Shown here piece by piece: positions 24,370-37,511 of a stretch of 64,000 nucleotides of DNA. Below the pieces are notes generated by a model. That model was not told the DNA's origin and did not search any database. It was given only the letters and a program-made list of their open reading frames with translations. Position numbers and translations under genes: made by a program. The DNA is from Mobula hypostoma (lineage: Eukaryota). Location of the stretch: positions 6,634,001 through 6,698,000 of the forward strand of contig NC_086098.1 in NCBI RefSeq assembly GCF_963921235.1. Direction: 5' to 3'. Positions within the stretch are counted from its first letter, which is position 1, and every line of letters starts with the position of its first letter.

Positions 24370-25270
24370 CCTCCAAGGGAACCACAGCAATGTTGTGGTT
24401 TGAAGACTTACATGTCCCAATGATCTGAAGAGGTATGCTGGCTGAAGTCAGAGCGTTATGCTTTGGTCTTGGTATGTTCACCCATGCCATATAGGTCAAA
24501 GGGTCAAGGCCAGACTAGACTCATAGAATCAGAAAACTACAGCACAGAAACAGGCCCTTCAGCCCATCCAGTTCATGCTGAACCATTTAATCTGCCTAGT
24601 CCCATTGACCTCCAACCAGAACATAGCCCTCCATATCCCTCCCATCGACATACCTATCCAAACTTCACTTGAATGGTTAAATCAAAATCGCATCTACCGC
24701 TTGTGCTGGCAGCTCGTTCCACACTCTCACTACTGTCTGACTGAAGAACTTCCCCTCATATTCCCTTAAACATTTCACCTTTCACTCTTCACCCATGACT
24801 TCTAGTTGTCGTTTCAGCCAACTTCAGTGGAAAAAGCTAGCTTGCATCTACCCAATCTATACCCCTCATAATTCTGTATACCTCCGTCAAGTCTTCCCTC
24901 AGTCTTCTACGTTCCAAGGAATAAAATCAAGACTTTATGCTTTGGCTGTTGGTAGGGTCACCCATGTCAAACAGTTCAAAGGGTAGAGGCCAGACTAGGC
25001 GTGGCCCATCGGTCCTTCAGGTTTGGGAAATCAGCTGGGGAGTAACATCCCTGACTGATAAAACAAAACTATTACAGAAATAGCCGTAATGAATCCGATA
25101 TCTGAGCACAATGGTACTGCTGAGTGTCCTCCCAGGACTTGCATGACTGACAGCAGTGAAAACCGAGAGGAACCTACTGACATGATGAAGCAATCCCTCA
25201 TCACTGCCAGAAGTGGAAGATCTTCATTTCTGTCTTAAGCGCCAGCAGCGTTACAGGCAGTAAGTAAGCA
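24370..25270 (+). mobile_element. RTE-derived non-autonomous elements flanking a minus-strand CR1 3' fragment (~24520-24925)
   Basis: The GGTAGGGTCACCCATG...GGCCAGACTAG motif occurs at ~24470 and ~24950, and the 3' end is ACAGGCAGTAAGTAAG. Another copy lies at ~28210-28570. Confidence 0.6.
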
Positions 25271-25477
25271 AGAGCTGGTTTACTTATTGTTGGCATGTGG
25301 TGGCATTCTTGGAAATAATTTTATCTTCTGCATTGATTGGGGTTCATATTTGTAGTGGTTGTATTAAAACAGTCAGCAGCTCAGATAGTCCTTTTGAACA
25401 GAGAGTTACTGCTTCGGTGGATGACCTTTAGTTGGAAAGATTCTTTCTGCAAAGTCAATACCTCTGAATATTAAATG

Positions 25478-25506
<29 letters not shown>
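25478..25506. repeat. (CT)n microsatellite
   Basis: Seen directly. Confidence 0.95.
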
Positions 25507-25508
<2 letters not shown>

Positions 25509-26143
25509 CAGGTACTGCCTGGCCCACTGCTGTGTTCCAGCATTTTGTTTATCAGATTCTTAGCAGATATGGTTTATTTGCTTTTTGAAAGGTTGCATGA
25601 GATAGCTTCAGGGCAAGGGATATTATTGACAATTTAGAAAAGGTGAGCTAGGTTTCAGAGAGTTAAGTACACTACGGGCTATGTGGTAAAGCCTCTAGCA
25701 GAAAAGCTGAAATAAAATCCTAGCCACTAATGGGGAGGAAGAAGCAATCTGAGTTCATTTTGGTATTTGCTCGTGTCCACGAATGACTTCTTCCTGACTT
25801 AGCTTCAAAGCAACCCTATTTACATCACCTGTCTATCACTTCCCTCTGGTGCCCCACTTATAGTCCACTTCCCTCTCCTATCAGATTCTTTCTAATTCAG
25901 CCTTCTAGCTTTTCTGTTTATCACATTACAGCTTCTCACTTCATCCTCCCCTGCCCCATCCACCTACCTGCCCCCTAACCTGGCTTTACCTATCACCTTT
26001 CCGCTATTACTGCAGCCTCTCCTCTCCACCTTCCTATTCAGCTTCTTCCCACTTCCTTTCCGGTCCTGAGGAAGGGTCTCAGCCTAAGATGCCCAATCGT
26101 TATTTCTCTCCTGACCTGCTGAGTTCCATTTGTTACATCATTG

Positions 26144-26703
26144 TGTAACCCCCAAGTTCAGTAAGCTGCGTTAGTCTAGGGGAAGACAGTTGCCACCCCC
26201 GCCAAACTGATCAATCTCGTGTGTGTGATGCTGCGTGATGTGTTCCCCTGTTACAACTCAGTACCACGAAAGATCAGACGGTACACCAGATGCAATTAAA
26301 CAACCGAGCTTCATAATTCTTAAATTGACTATAGAGATAGTACAGAAAACAAAAAGAAAAAGAGCCCATTTTAATGAAACAGTCTATTGTGCACGTTGGA
26401 GCTCATGGTTTTCTGTCCATTAGCTCCCCATTGATTTCCACCAAGCGCCATCAACTCCCACACCCTCACTCCATTCACTCCGTCCTGTGGTCTACAAGCT
26501 CACTCTTCTCATGTCTTCTCTCTCCGTCTCTCGCGGACAATAAAAGACCACAAATACCTCCTCTCAGACACACAAGAAAGAAACAGCACGCCTCTCATTG
26601 GGTGGCTCACATTCCAAAGTCCCCGTTATCTCTAGTCATAACCCAAACACTGCTGCTACAGAGAAACCATTACATTAGCAGTGAAACCTTACAGAACGTT
26701 ACA
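26144..26703. mobile_element. Solo LTR (560 bp)
   Basis: Inverted termini TGTAAC...GTTACA and a perfect 4-bp TSD ATTG (26140-26143, 26704-26707). Confidence 0.85.
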
Positions 26704-29700
26704 ATTGTTAGCCTGATTAATGTGGCGACTCGGTCACATGATTACAGCACCAAAACCTGGGTTCAATTCTACTGCTGTGTGTAGGGAGTTTGTATCATAA
26801 GATATAGGAGCAGGAATAGGCCATTTGGCCCGTCAAGTCTGCTCCACCATTACATCATGGCTGATCCATTTTCCTCTCAGCCCCAATCTCCTGCCTTCTC
26901 CCCATATCCCTTCATGCCCTGACTAATCAAGAACCTATTAACCTCTGCCTTAAAAATACCCAAAGACCTGGCCTCCACAACTGTCTGTGGCAAAGAATTC
27001 CATAGATTCACCACTCTCTGGTAAAGTAATTCAACTTCATCTCCATTCTATAAGGACAGCCCTCTATTCTGAAGCTGTGTCCTCTGGTCCTAGACTCCCC
27101 CACATACGTGACAATGTGGGTTTCCTCCAGGAGCTTCTGTTTCCTCCCACATTTCAAATATGCGTGGGTTACTAAATTAATTGGTCACAAACAGTAGGTG
27201 TAATTTATTAGCGCAGGCTCTTTGGGCCAGAAGGGCTACTAACCAGCTGTCTCTGTAAGTAAAAATAAAATAAGTTAAAAACAGTTGAAGCTGGTGGGCT
27301 GAAAACTTTGTCTCTTAAACCAGTGGGGATAAAATCATTCAACTTCACTTGCCTCATCATTGAAATGTTCCCACAATCTATGGATTCACTTTCAAGACTT
27401 TTCATCTCATGTTCTGAATATTTATTGCTCATTTATTTATTATTATTATTTGTTTTTGCATTTGCACACTTTGCAGCCTAGTTGAACACCAAAGTTGGGC
27501 AGTCTTTCATTGATTCAGTAATGGTTATTACAAGACCATAAGACATAGGAGCAGAATTAGGTCATTTGGCCCATCGATTCTGTTCCGCCATGTCATCATG
27601 GCTGATCCAAATTTCCTCTCTCCGTGTCTCTTCATGCCCTGATCTATTATTCTATAGACATATTGAGTATGCCCACAAGAAATCAAACCTTACAGTTGTA
27701 TATGGTGATGTGCAGTATATGTTCCTTGATAATAAATTTACTTTGAAATTTGAACCTTAAGGTGAAGGTTCCTTTTCACATATATCCTGTGCAACAGTCT
27801 TCAAATAATTGGAGGAGACTTTAATCAGAAGTGTTTTGTTGCTAACTATTACTTCAGTGATGGCTTATGATGCAGTAGTTCTCCCAGCTGAGGAGGGGGA
27901 AATATTCTTCTTAGAAAGCCATGCTGTAGGCCTCTTAACAGGTGTAGCTATTGATTAAATAGCTCATAGAAACCACAAGTGTACTGATGCTGATTTTGCC
28001 TGTTTCTCCTTTTGGCTGATCTTGCATTGCTCAAACTTATGTGATTCAGCATCCAAGTTTATTTGTCATATATTTATTTATTTTATTTTTATTTAGAGAT
28101 ACTCGGCAGAACAGGCCCTTCCAGTCCAACGAGCCGCACCACCCAGCAGATCACCTATTTAACACTAGCCGAATCACAGGACAAGTTATAATGAGCAATT
28201 AACCAGTATCTTCAAGAAGACCACAACCTTGTCATTGAGTTTGGGGGCTTGCGTGCCTCACTGACCCAGAGAGTGATGTTGGCTGGAGTCAAGTCTTTAT
28301 GCCTTGGCTCTTGGTAGAGTCACCCATGCCAGTCAGATCAAGGGGTAAAGGCCAGAGTAAGGGAGGTCCACCGGTGCTCCAGGTTCGGGGGTTCAGCTTG
28401 GGGTTAACAACCCGGACTGGTGAAACAAAACTGTTACAGAAAAAGCAATGAAGAATCCTTCAATGTCTGAGTGCAATGGTATTCCTGAGTCTCCACCCAG
28501 GATCTGCATGGCTGACAGAGATGGAGGCCCTACGTTGCTCCCTAAATGTCAGTGGTGTAACAGGCAGTAACCAGTACATCTTTGGACTGTGGGAGGAAGC
28601 CAGAGCACCCAGAGAAAATACATACATGGCAAGAATGTACAAACTCCTTACAGGTGGCGCTGGAATTGAACTCAGAACTCAGAACTCTGAATGCCTGAGC
28701 TGTAACAGTGTTGCACTAGCCACTACACTACCATTGCTGCGTGTCTATGTCGAAACATACAGCTGACAACCTACAGGCCCAAGGGTATGCTGGGGGCAGC
28801 CTGCAAGTGTCCCCAGACATTCTGACACCATAGTTCTTGGCTGTACAGCACAGAACAAAACAAACAACAAAACAACAGCAGAACAATCCCTGTTCCTCCC
28901 TTCCCTAGCACTTAAACAGTCCATTAACCCCGGGCAGGCCTCTAGCGTCTAGCAGGCTCCAGTGGTCCAGGTAAGGAAACAAATAATCTTCTGGTACTGC
29001 CCTGTTTAGAATTAGAACATTTGGTGGTAACAGTTCATCGGACCATCAGTACCCTGTGTGTGGGAGTGGAAGGGGGGGAGGGCTTGTTGTTAACTCTTGT
29101 TGAATAAAGGCATGCTTGTTGGGCCCTAGCAGGTCTAGCAGCATCTATGGAAAGGAATAAACATTCAATGTCTTAGGCCGAGAGTTTAGTGAAGGGTCTC
29201 AGCCTGAAATGTTGCCTGAACTGCTCAGTTCCTCCAGCAGGTTAGGCAGCATCCGCAGAAAGGAATAAACAGTCTATAAATAAACCAACTTTGATAAACG
29301 TCTTGGCCTGCAACTTCGACGGAAGCCCTAAAACTTCAGATAGATTTAAGAAAGAGAAATATCCTAGTAAAGGCAATTAGCGTTGGACCAGGTTAATGAA
29401 GGTGTGAGATCAAAGTAGCAGGGTCAAGTGACACTGAATCTTCAGTAATGAGACCAAGGAATACAAGACAAATAATTTTCCCATTGCCTGCATATTTACA
29501 TCCTAACCAAAACAGACATGCTTTTCATCATCTTGGTCCATGGAAAAAACAAAAGCCTGGGGTCTGAGCAACCCTGGCTAGGTCACCTGGGGTGATGTTA
29601 AAAGACCCGAAACACTCAATAACTCCAAGTTACATCACTGATGCTGTATCTCAGCGCACGCTATGTCAATAAACGCAAGTCATTTTGGGCCAACTTAATG

Positions 29701-29874
29701 AAGGTGTGGGCCAGATCAAAGTGGCAGGAACAAGTAACAGTGAGTCTCCAGTACAAGATCAAGAAACACAGGAGGGATCATTTTCCCACTGCCTGCATAA
29801 TTATGTAATGACACCCTTTCCATCGATGCTGCCTGACCTGCTGAGTTCTCCAGCATTTTGTGAACCTCTTGTGA

Positions 29875-30575
29875 CTTGGTTCAAAGGTTCAAAAGTTCAA
29901 TTTAGTGTCAGAGAAATGTGTACAATATACACCCTGAAATGCTTTTTCTTTGCAAAACATCCACGAAAACAGAGAAGTGCCCCAAAGAATGAATGACAAT
30001 TAAGCATGGGAACCCCAAAGTCTTCATCCCGCTCCCCCCTCCCGCGTATAAGCAGCAGCGAGCAAAAATTCCCTCTCCTCCCACCAGCAAAACAAAAAGC
30101 GCACCCACTACCGAGCACAAGCGTGAGCTAGGCGATAGCAAAGACACAGTTACCCCAAAGGCTATCGTATTTCATCTGGCATTCGACAAACCATAGGTTC
30201 TCTCTCTCCCTGGCAAGGGAAAGGGAGGTGACCCCATTTTCACAGTAAGCGGGAGACTTAACAACAACCCGCTGATTTATGATGTTAAAAAGTCCGTTTT
30301 GTCACTTTTTTTTAACAAGCTCCATGCCCGAAGATCACAAAGATCTCATATTTTCAGGCCCACAGCGAAAGATTTTCCGGCCTCCCCAACGACACACGTG
30401 TCTCCTGCCACAACACCGACCCTCGATCCGCCGGTCTCCAGAGCCCCGCGATCTTAGGTTTCTGATCACTAGGCCGCCTCTCAGGCCTAACCCTTGGCGT
30501 GCCGAACATCGGCCGGTTCTGAAACCCCGGGAGCGGGTCCCATTCCAGCAAAGAACTGTAGTCAGTGTGTAACTC
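29875..30575 (-). mobile_element. CpG-rich non-coding retroposon with a (TTTGAACC)-type tail
   Basis: The tail ggttcaaaggttcaaaagttca sits at the left end, with a CpG-rich body and no recognisable ORF. Confidence 0.55.
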
Positions 30576-30891
30576 CAGGCTGTTGCCTGAATTGGAGGGC
30601 ATACCCTATGATAATAGATTGAGTGAACTTGGCCTTTTCTCCTTGGTGTGAAGGGCCTGTAATGTGCTGTAAATTTCTATGTTCTATGTTTTATGTTCTG
30701 ATCTTAAAATAAAGGGTGATTTCATCTGCAAGGGATTGTGCTTTGTGACCAGATAGTGGGGTGATTTAGATGAAAGTATTTGGCTTAGGATTGGAGTGGT
30801 CTCTGGGACTATTCCCTTTGGGACTAAAGAGAGTCTGAAATTATATACCCAAGAAATGGAGTGTTTTTTTTAATTTACACATTTAAAAATA

Positions 30892-31425
30892 CACTTAGTG
30901 TCCATTTTATTAGGTAGGGTTGTGGAATCCGGTATTGTCTTCCGCTGCTATAGCCCATCCACTTCAAGATTCAAGATGTTGTGCATTCAGAGATGCTCTT
31001 CTGCACACCATTGTGGTAACACATAGCTGTTTGAGTTAATGTCACCTTCCTGTCAGCTTGAACCAGTCTGGCCATTCTCCTCTGATCTCCCTCATTAACA
31101 AGGCGTTTTCATCCACGGAACTGCAGCTCATTGATATTGTTTTTCACACCATTCCCTGTAAACTCTAGAGAACATTGTGCATGAAAATCCTAGGAGGTCA
31201 ACAGTTTCTGAGATACTCCAACTACCCTGTCTGGCACCAAAAATCATTCCATGGTCAAAGTCACTTAGATCACATTTCTTCCCCATTCTGATGTTTGATC
31301 TGAACAACAACTGAACCCCTTGATCATGACCGCATGTTTTCATGCGTTGAGCTGTTGGAACATGATTGGCTGATTAGATATTTGCATTAATGTATAGGTG
31401 TACCTAATAAAGTGGCCACTGAGTG
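30892..31425 (-). mobile_element. Tc1/mariner non-autonomous element
   Basis: TIR CACTCAGTGGCCACTTTATTAGGTA and TA TSDs (30890-91, 31426-27). It retains the transposase N-terminal HTH MGKKCDLSDFDHGMIFGARQG..SISET..LLGFS. Confidence 0.88.
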
Positions 31426-32846
31426 TAATTGTATATAAGTGTGCTTTAGTCACTTTCCCTCTACTGCAACTGAAATAGGTTAAATCCTTTCATAAATGGC
31501 TCTCATCAGATAACCTCGAAGGTGTCAATATCTCTGAGGATCTACCCTGGACCCATCATATCAATGCAGTTACAAAGCAGCTGTATTCAATGAAGGACCC
31601 CGATTACTTAGGACGCCCATCACCCAGGACATGCCTTGTTCTCATCGCTACCACCAGGAAGGAGGTATAGACTGCTGAAGGCACACACTCAGTGATTCAG
31701 GAACAGCTTCCCTCTGGCATCTGATTTCTGAATGGTCATTGAGCTTATGAACACTACCTTACGGCTGTATTATTTCTATTGTTGCACTACTTTTTGAGTT
31801 TAACTATTATATATATATATACATACTTACTGTAATTCACGTTTTTTCTATTACTACGTATTGCATTGTAATGCTCTCACAGAGACAACAAGTTTCACGG
31901 TATACGCCAGCAATATTAAACCTGATTCTAAGATAGACCTGTGAACAATTAAAAGTCATATGCTGTAAGTGAAAATTGTTTCTATAGTGTAGAGCTATAG
32001 GGGGAGGAACATAGATTTAATACTTTCTTTTAAATATATTAAAATTTTGTTTAAAAATATGGCATGAAGTTTCTAAATGAATTCAAGACAAGGAAGTGAT
32101 AAAGAAAATGTTGTCAATTCAGTTTTAACTCAGACATCCTGCCAATTAGCAGGGTGAAGGTTATGTACTGAGACTTTGCACAATACTAAGTATTTGAAAT
32201 TAATACTTTTTGCCTTTACTTGTGTTTTGCTGGTAGAAATTGTAACATCTTTTCTACCCCAGTATGCAGTGTTCAGAATTATAGACATCAATATCATGTT
32301 AAATCTTATACGTTGTCACGGTGATAAATAACAGGCCATTAACCCACCCCCTACGGAAATCAGATCTTGGGTCATGTAGATTAAATGATAGGGTCAGAGC
32401 ACTTGCATTGACTTCTGGGTGGGAGCTTATGCTCGAGAAATATACTGGAATTCTTCAAAGAAATAATTGTGCTGTTCTTCAAGAAAGGAGTTACGTGAAT
32501 ATGGTAAATGAGGAGCTTTGATGCCCTGCGGTTGTTTGTTTAAAGATGTATAATGTGAACAGCAAGCTCCTGAGATGAAATTAAACCAGTATTTGGAATT
32601 GGAGTTGCATGTATAACATTCAAAAGTAAACGTCAGCAATGTTCATTTTAAATATAAAAAGGAATTTGAAGCTCCTGATGGGGATAACGAGTTGTGTCAG
32701 AGATTTCCATTGCCAGTTGTGTATTCAGCTCTAAATTTTGGAACAATTATAAAAGCTGCCATTTTTTTATAATTATATTACCTTTTACAGTTATAACCAT
32801 GGACATTACCCACCTTGCAAACTCTACACTCCAGTACCATACCATG

Positions 32847-33105
32847 GGACACCACGGTAGTGTAGTGGTTAGCACAAGGCTTTATAGTACCGGCAACGCC
32901 AGTGCAATTTCCACCACTGCCTGTAAGGAATTTGTATATTCTCCCTGTGACCCCACAGGTTTCCTTCCACAGTCCCAAGATGTACCGGTTGGTAGATTAA
33001 TTAGTCGTTGTGAATTGTTCTGTAATTTGCTAGGGTTAAATCAAGGATTGCTGGGCGGTGTGGCTCAAAGGATTGAAAGGGCCTTTTCTGTGCTGCATCT
33101 CAATA
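32847..33105 (+). mobile_element. tRNA-derived SINE (V-SINE/HE1-like)
   Basis: Head GGTAGTGTAGTGGTTAGCAC and body TGTAAGGAATTTGTATATTCTCCCTGTGACC. Related copies lie at ~14680-14900(-), 16515-16735(-), 28570-28735(-), 46710-46850(+), 57808-58055(+) and 59000-59140(+). Confidence 0.75.
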
Positions 33106-33894
33106 AGCCTTCTGGAAAGCACTATAGTACTATTAAAACAAAAAACTCACTGAATCTTAAAAGTTTCTTCCATCGAACAGTCAATCTGATCAACCGTTCA
33201 AATTATTCACCCCCTCACACTCTGTACCAATTACCCTTGACACTACACTGCACGTAAATCAATTTAAAACACTGTCTATGATGCTGTTTACTTGTAAATA
33301 CATGCTGCTATTTATGTATTTATGCATATTTTTCCATATCTGTACTTCAAGCTCTAACATTTTTTTTAGTTAATACTTTATTCTTTATAATTATCAAATG
33401 TTGTTTTTTATTGCATATCGTGCCCTGGCCAACACGCCTCAGCAAATTCCTAGCATATGTAAGAGTATCTGGTGAGTAAAGTTGATCCTTGATCCTTTTA
33501 CTGGGCCTTCCTGATGATCCTATTGCTGTTGCCTATTACATTGAATCTCCTCTTGTGATCTCCTAGTTTGACCCTATGTTTGCAGTCGCCTCCATCTTTA
33601 GAAATATTACAACATGGCATACTTCAGCAATAAGGCAATATCTTGAAAGATGTGTGAACAGCACCCTGTGAGGGAATAAAAATACATAAATATGCAATAA
33701 ATATCTTTTATTGCTCAGCCTCCTTTGCACCAAAGGATAAACTCCTAGCCTGCCTGTCTTTCTCCTGTAACTCAGGAATCCTTGTAAAACCAGCGCAAGC
33801 ACAGCATGCTCGCAACTTGTTCACCCAAACCCATGCATCCACGGAATATGGGAGGAGACCAGAGCACCTGGAGGAAGCACACACAGTCATGGAT

Positions 33895-34548
33895 GTCAAA
33901 ATCTCTGAGGACCTAACTTGGAACCAACATATCGATGCAGCTTATCAAGAAGGCAAAACAGCGGCTATATTTCATTAGGAGTTTGAGGAGATTTGGTATA
34001 TCATCAAAAAACCTCACAAATTTCTAAGATGTACCTTGGAGAGCAATCTAACCAGCTTTATCACCGTCTGGTATGGTGGGGGGGGGAGGAGGCTAATACA
34101 CAGGATCAAAATAAACTGAAGAGAGTTGGTCCATCATGGACACTTGCCTCCATAGTATCCAGGACATCTTCCAGGAGTGGAGCCTCAGAAAGGCGGCGTC
34201 CATCATCAAGAATCCATATCATCCAGGCATGTCCTTTTCTCATTGTTACCGTCAGGAAGGAGGTACAGAAGCCTAAAGGCACACACTCAGCGATTCAGGA
34301 ACAGCTCCTTCCCCTCTGCCATCCGATTCCTAAATGAACATTGAACCCACGAGCACTACCTCATTACTTTTTTTTATTTCCTATGCTTTTAATACTTATT
34401 TAATTTGACTATTGAATACACAAACTGTATACTTGCTGTAATTCAGTTTTTTTCTCTCTATTATTATGTATTGCATTGTAACTGCTGCCGCAAAGCTAAC
34501 AGATTTCACAGCATATGGGGGTGATATAAAACCTGCTTCTGATTCTGA
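33895..34548 (+). mobile_element. Rex1/Babar-like 3' fragment
   Basis: ISEDLTWNQHID, the PSGRRYRSLK motif and a TGATTC tail. Similar fragments lie at ~31520-31930, 35720-36330, 52510-52870, 53840-54250 and 55000-55510(-). Confidence 0.8.
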
Positions 34549-35459
34549 ATGCACAAACTCCTTACAGAGTGCAGCAGGATTTGAGCCCCCGATCAGAGAT
34601 CACTGCTGTAAAGTGTTGCACTAACCTCTATGCTATCATGCAGTGATAAGAAGATACAAGATCATAACGGTCAGTTTAACAACGGATAGAGAAGCAGTAA
34701 GAAAGGGCCTCTGTCTTTTTCCAGTAAACCTGAAGGGAGGGGAAACAGGAGATGAAGATGGACACACTGGATTCAGGAACAGTTATTACCCTACGCCACA
34801 CTTCTACATTGTCACTAACATCGCATCCCTTCCATTAACCTTTAATGCAGCAGTTTTTGATTGACAGAAGTGATTCTGAAGCTGGCACATTTCATGGCAA
34901 CCATCATCATTGGTATTTGCAAGGGAATTTATTGTGGAATAAATTTGGATCACAGGTGTTACAAAATAACTTGGTTTGGTGACCAACCTTTTGCGTCCCT
35001 GTGACATTGCCTGAGATTAAAATAAAACACGTTTGCATATGAATTTGCAGCATGACACCAGAAGATTTTTTCTGACATTTAGATTTACATTTTATGTGGA
35101 CTGATTATATAGACAATAGACAATAGGTGCAAAAATAGACCATTCGGCCCTTCGAGCCTGCACCGCCATTCTGAGATCATGGCTGATCATCTACTATCAA
35201 TACCCGGTTCCTGCCTTGTCCCCATAAACCTTGGTTATAGGACTTTGCTCACCTCGGGTCTATTTTGAAGTTTCAGTATTGGGGATAGGATGTTGCGTAG
35301 TTCAGAAAAAGAAAGAGGTTATCTAGTAAAATAGAAAATTTACAAGGATGCTGCCAGGACCTGAGTCAAGGGGAAGGTTGAATCAGGACGTTTTTTTCCC
35401 TAGAGTGCAGAAGAATGAATGGAGATTTGATAAAAATACACAAAATTAAAAGGAGTATA

Positions 35460-35643
35460 CAATACTGTGTAAAAATCTTAGGCACATATACAATTAGGGT
35501 GCCTAAGACTTTAGCACAGTACTGTATAATAGTTAAAATAGGAAGGTGGGTGGGGAACAGAAATAAGAGTATTTAGCTTTGTATTAGCTCAGTAGCATTA
35601 AGTGTTACTTGGTAACTGGAAAGACATAATATACAGAGTACTG
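35460..35643. mobile_element. Tc1-type mini-MITE inserted at a TA in a CR1 fragment
   Basis: ~26-bp TIRs CAATACTGTGTAAAAATCTTAGGCAC / GTGCCTAAGACTTTAGCACAGTACTG (35460-35524). A second right end ACAGAGTACTG lies at 35633-35643. The host reading is restored as ggagtaTAgataggg. Confidence 0.7.
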
Positions 35644-37511
35644 TAGATAGGGTAAATACGAGAAGGCTCTTCCCACTGTGGTTGCACATGACTGGAACTG
35701 GAGGTCATGGGTTAAGGGTGAAACTTTGACAACCTTCTATAGCTGTGTGGTGAAGAGCATATTGACTGGCTGCATCAGGGCCTGGTATGGAAAAACCAAT
35801 GCTTTTGAATTGAAAAGCCTACAAAGAGTAGTGGATATGGCCCAGTCTATCACAAGTAAAACCCTCCCCACCATTGATCACATCTACATGGAGCACAATC
35901 GCAGGAAAGCAGTAGCCATCCTCAAGGACCCCACAATCCAGGTCATGCTGTCTTCTCACTGCTGCTATCAGGAGAAAAGTACTGGAGCCTCAGGACCTAC
36001 CCCACCAGGTTCAGGAATAGTTATTACCCCTCAACCATCAGGTTCTTGATCCAGAAGGGATAACTTCACTCTGTTTCACTGAAATGCTCCCACAACCTAT
36101 GGACTCACTTTCAAGGATTCTTCATCTCATGTTCTCAATATTTATTGTTTATTTTTTTTTTCTTTTATTATATTTTGCATATTGACGGTCCATCTGATTG
36201 GGCGCAAGATTTCATTGATTCTATTGTGTTTCTTGGAGTTACTGTGAATGCCTACAAGAAAATGTATCTTCGTCTTGCATATGGTGACATAACAGAACTT
36301 AGGTAATACATTTTACTTTGAATTTTGATATATTTAATGGGAACATGGGAATGAACATCTTCGCTGGGAGGGCAGTGCGATTGTGGAGTGAGCCGCCAGC
36401 GCAAGTTGCGGGTACAGGTTTGTTTGAAACATTTAAGAGAAGTATGAACATGGATGAGAGGGTAGAAAGAGCTACAGTCCAGGTGCAGGTCAATGGACCA
36501 AGACAGAATAACAGTTCTGCAAGAACTAGATGGCGGAAGGGCCTGTTTCTGTGCTGTAGTGTTCTATGACTGTAATACTTTTAATGAATATAGGGATTCA
36601 AATGCAGCAAAAACTCTTGACTAACGAGGCATTAATCACTTAAATTTAAGGTTCAGTACACCAGATACATTTGTACATGAACCTTGGTTATTTTATTTTA
36701 ATTTATATGTTCATTATCCATCACAAGGTAATTATGAACAAAGAGGGGCCACTTGGTACAACAGTTCAACCATGCAGAAAGAGCCAGGAGCTCCACGTTG
36801 CTGCATCCAATTATAACTACAATGATCATGTCACCACCATTCTATTCAGAAATTACCTCCATATTAATACACACAAAGTGCCTTTATTTGAAGTAGCGAG
36901 TGAGAGGGTGACAGCTTGCAAAGCAGGAGCCATTTGCAAACAGCAAGTCTTCTTAGGATTAAATCATTTCTTTGAAGTAGTGTATGAGAGAGTGAAATTG
37001 TTCGGGGCGGGAGCCATTTGAAAACTGCAAGTCTCATCAGGAGTGAGTCTTATCTGAGCCAAAAAAAGGGAAATTAGGTGTAAGTGGAGCAGCCATTGTG
37101 TGAGTGGGCCAGTGTTTGAGTGGTCAGACTTGGTTCAAAAACCTTCAGCGAGAGCACGTGGAGCCTAAGGGTGCTGAATTGTTTGGAGTCATTTAGTTGA
37201 TAGTGGAACTTAAGCTTAAGATGTTAGAGCCAGAAGTATAACAAGTGGGGGCAGGATGGTAGATGGCTTTGGAATGCTCCTTCTGTAAATATGGGATTAT
37301 AGGCAACCGAACAATTTTCCTAATGACTGTATCTGTGGGAAGTACATCCAAATTCACCTCCTGACTGACAAGGTCAAGAACCTGAACATAGAAAACATAG
37401 AAAATAGGTGCAGGAGTAGGCCATTTGGCCGTTCGAGCCTGCACCGCCATTTATTATGATCATGGCTGATCATCCAACTCAGAACCCTGCACCAGCCTTC
37501 CCTCCATACCC

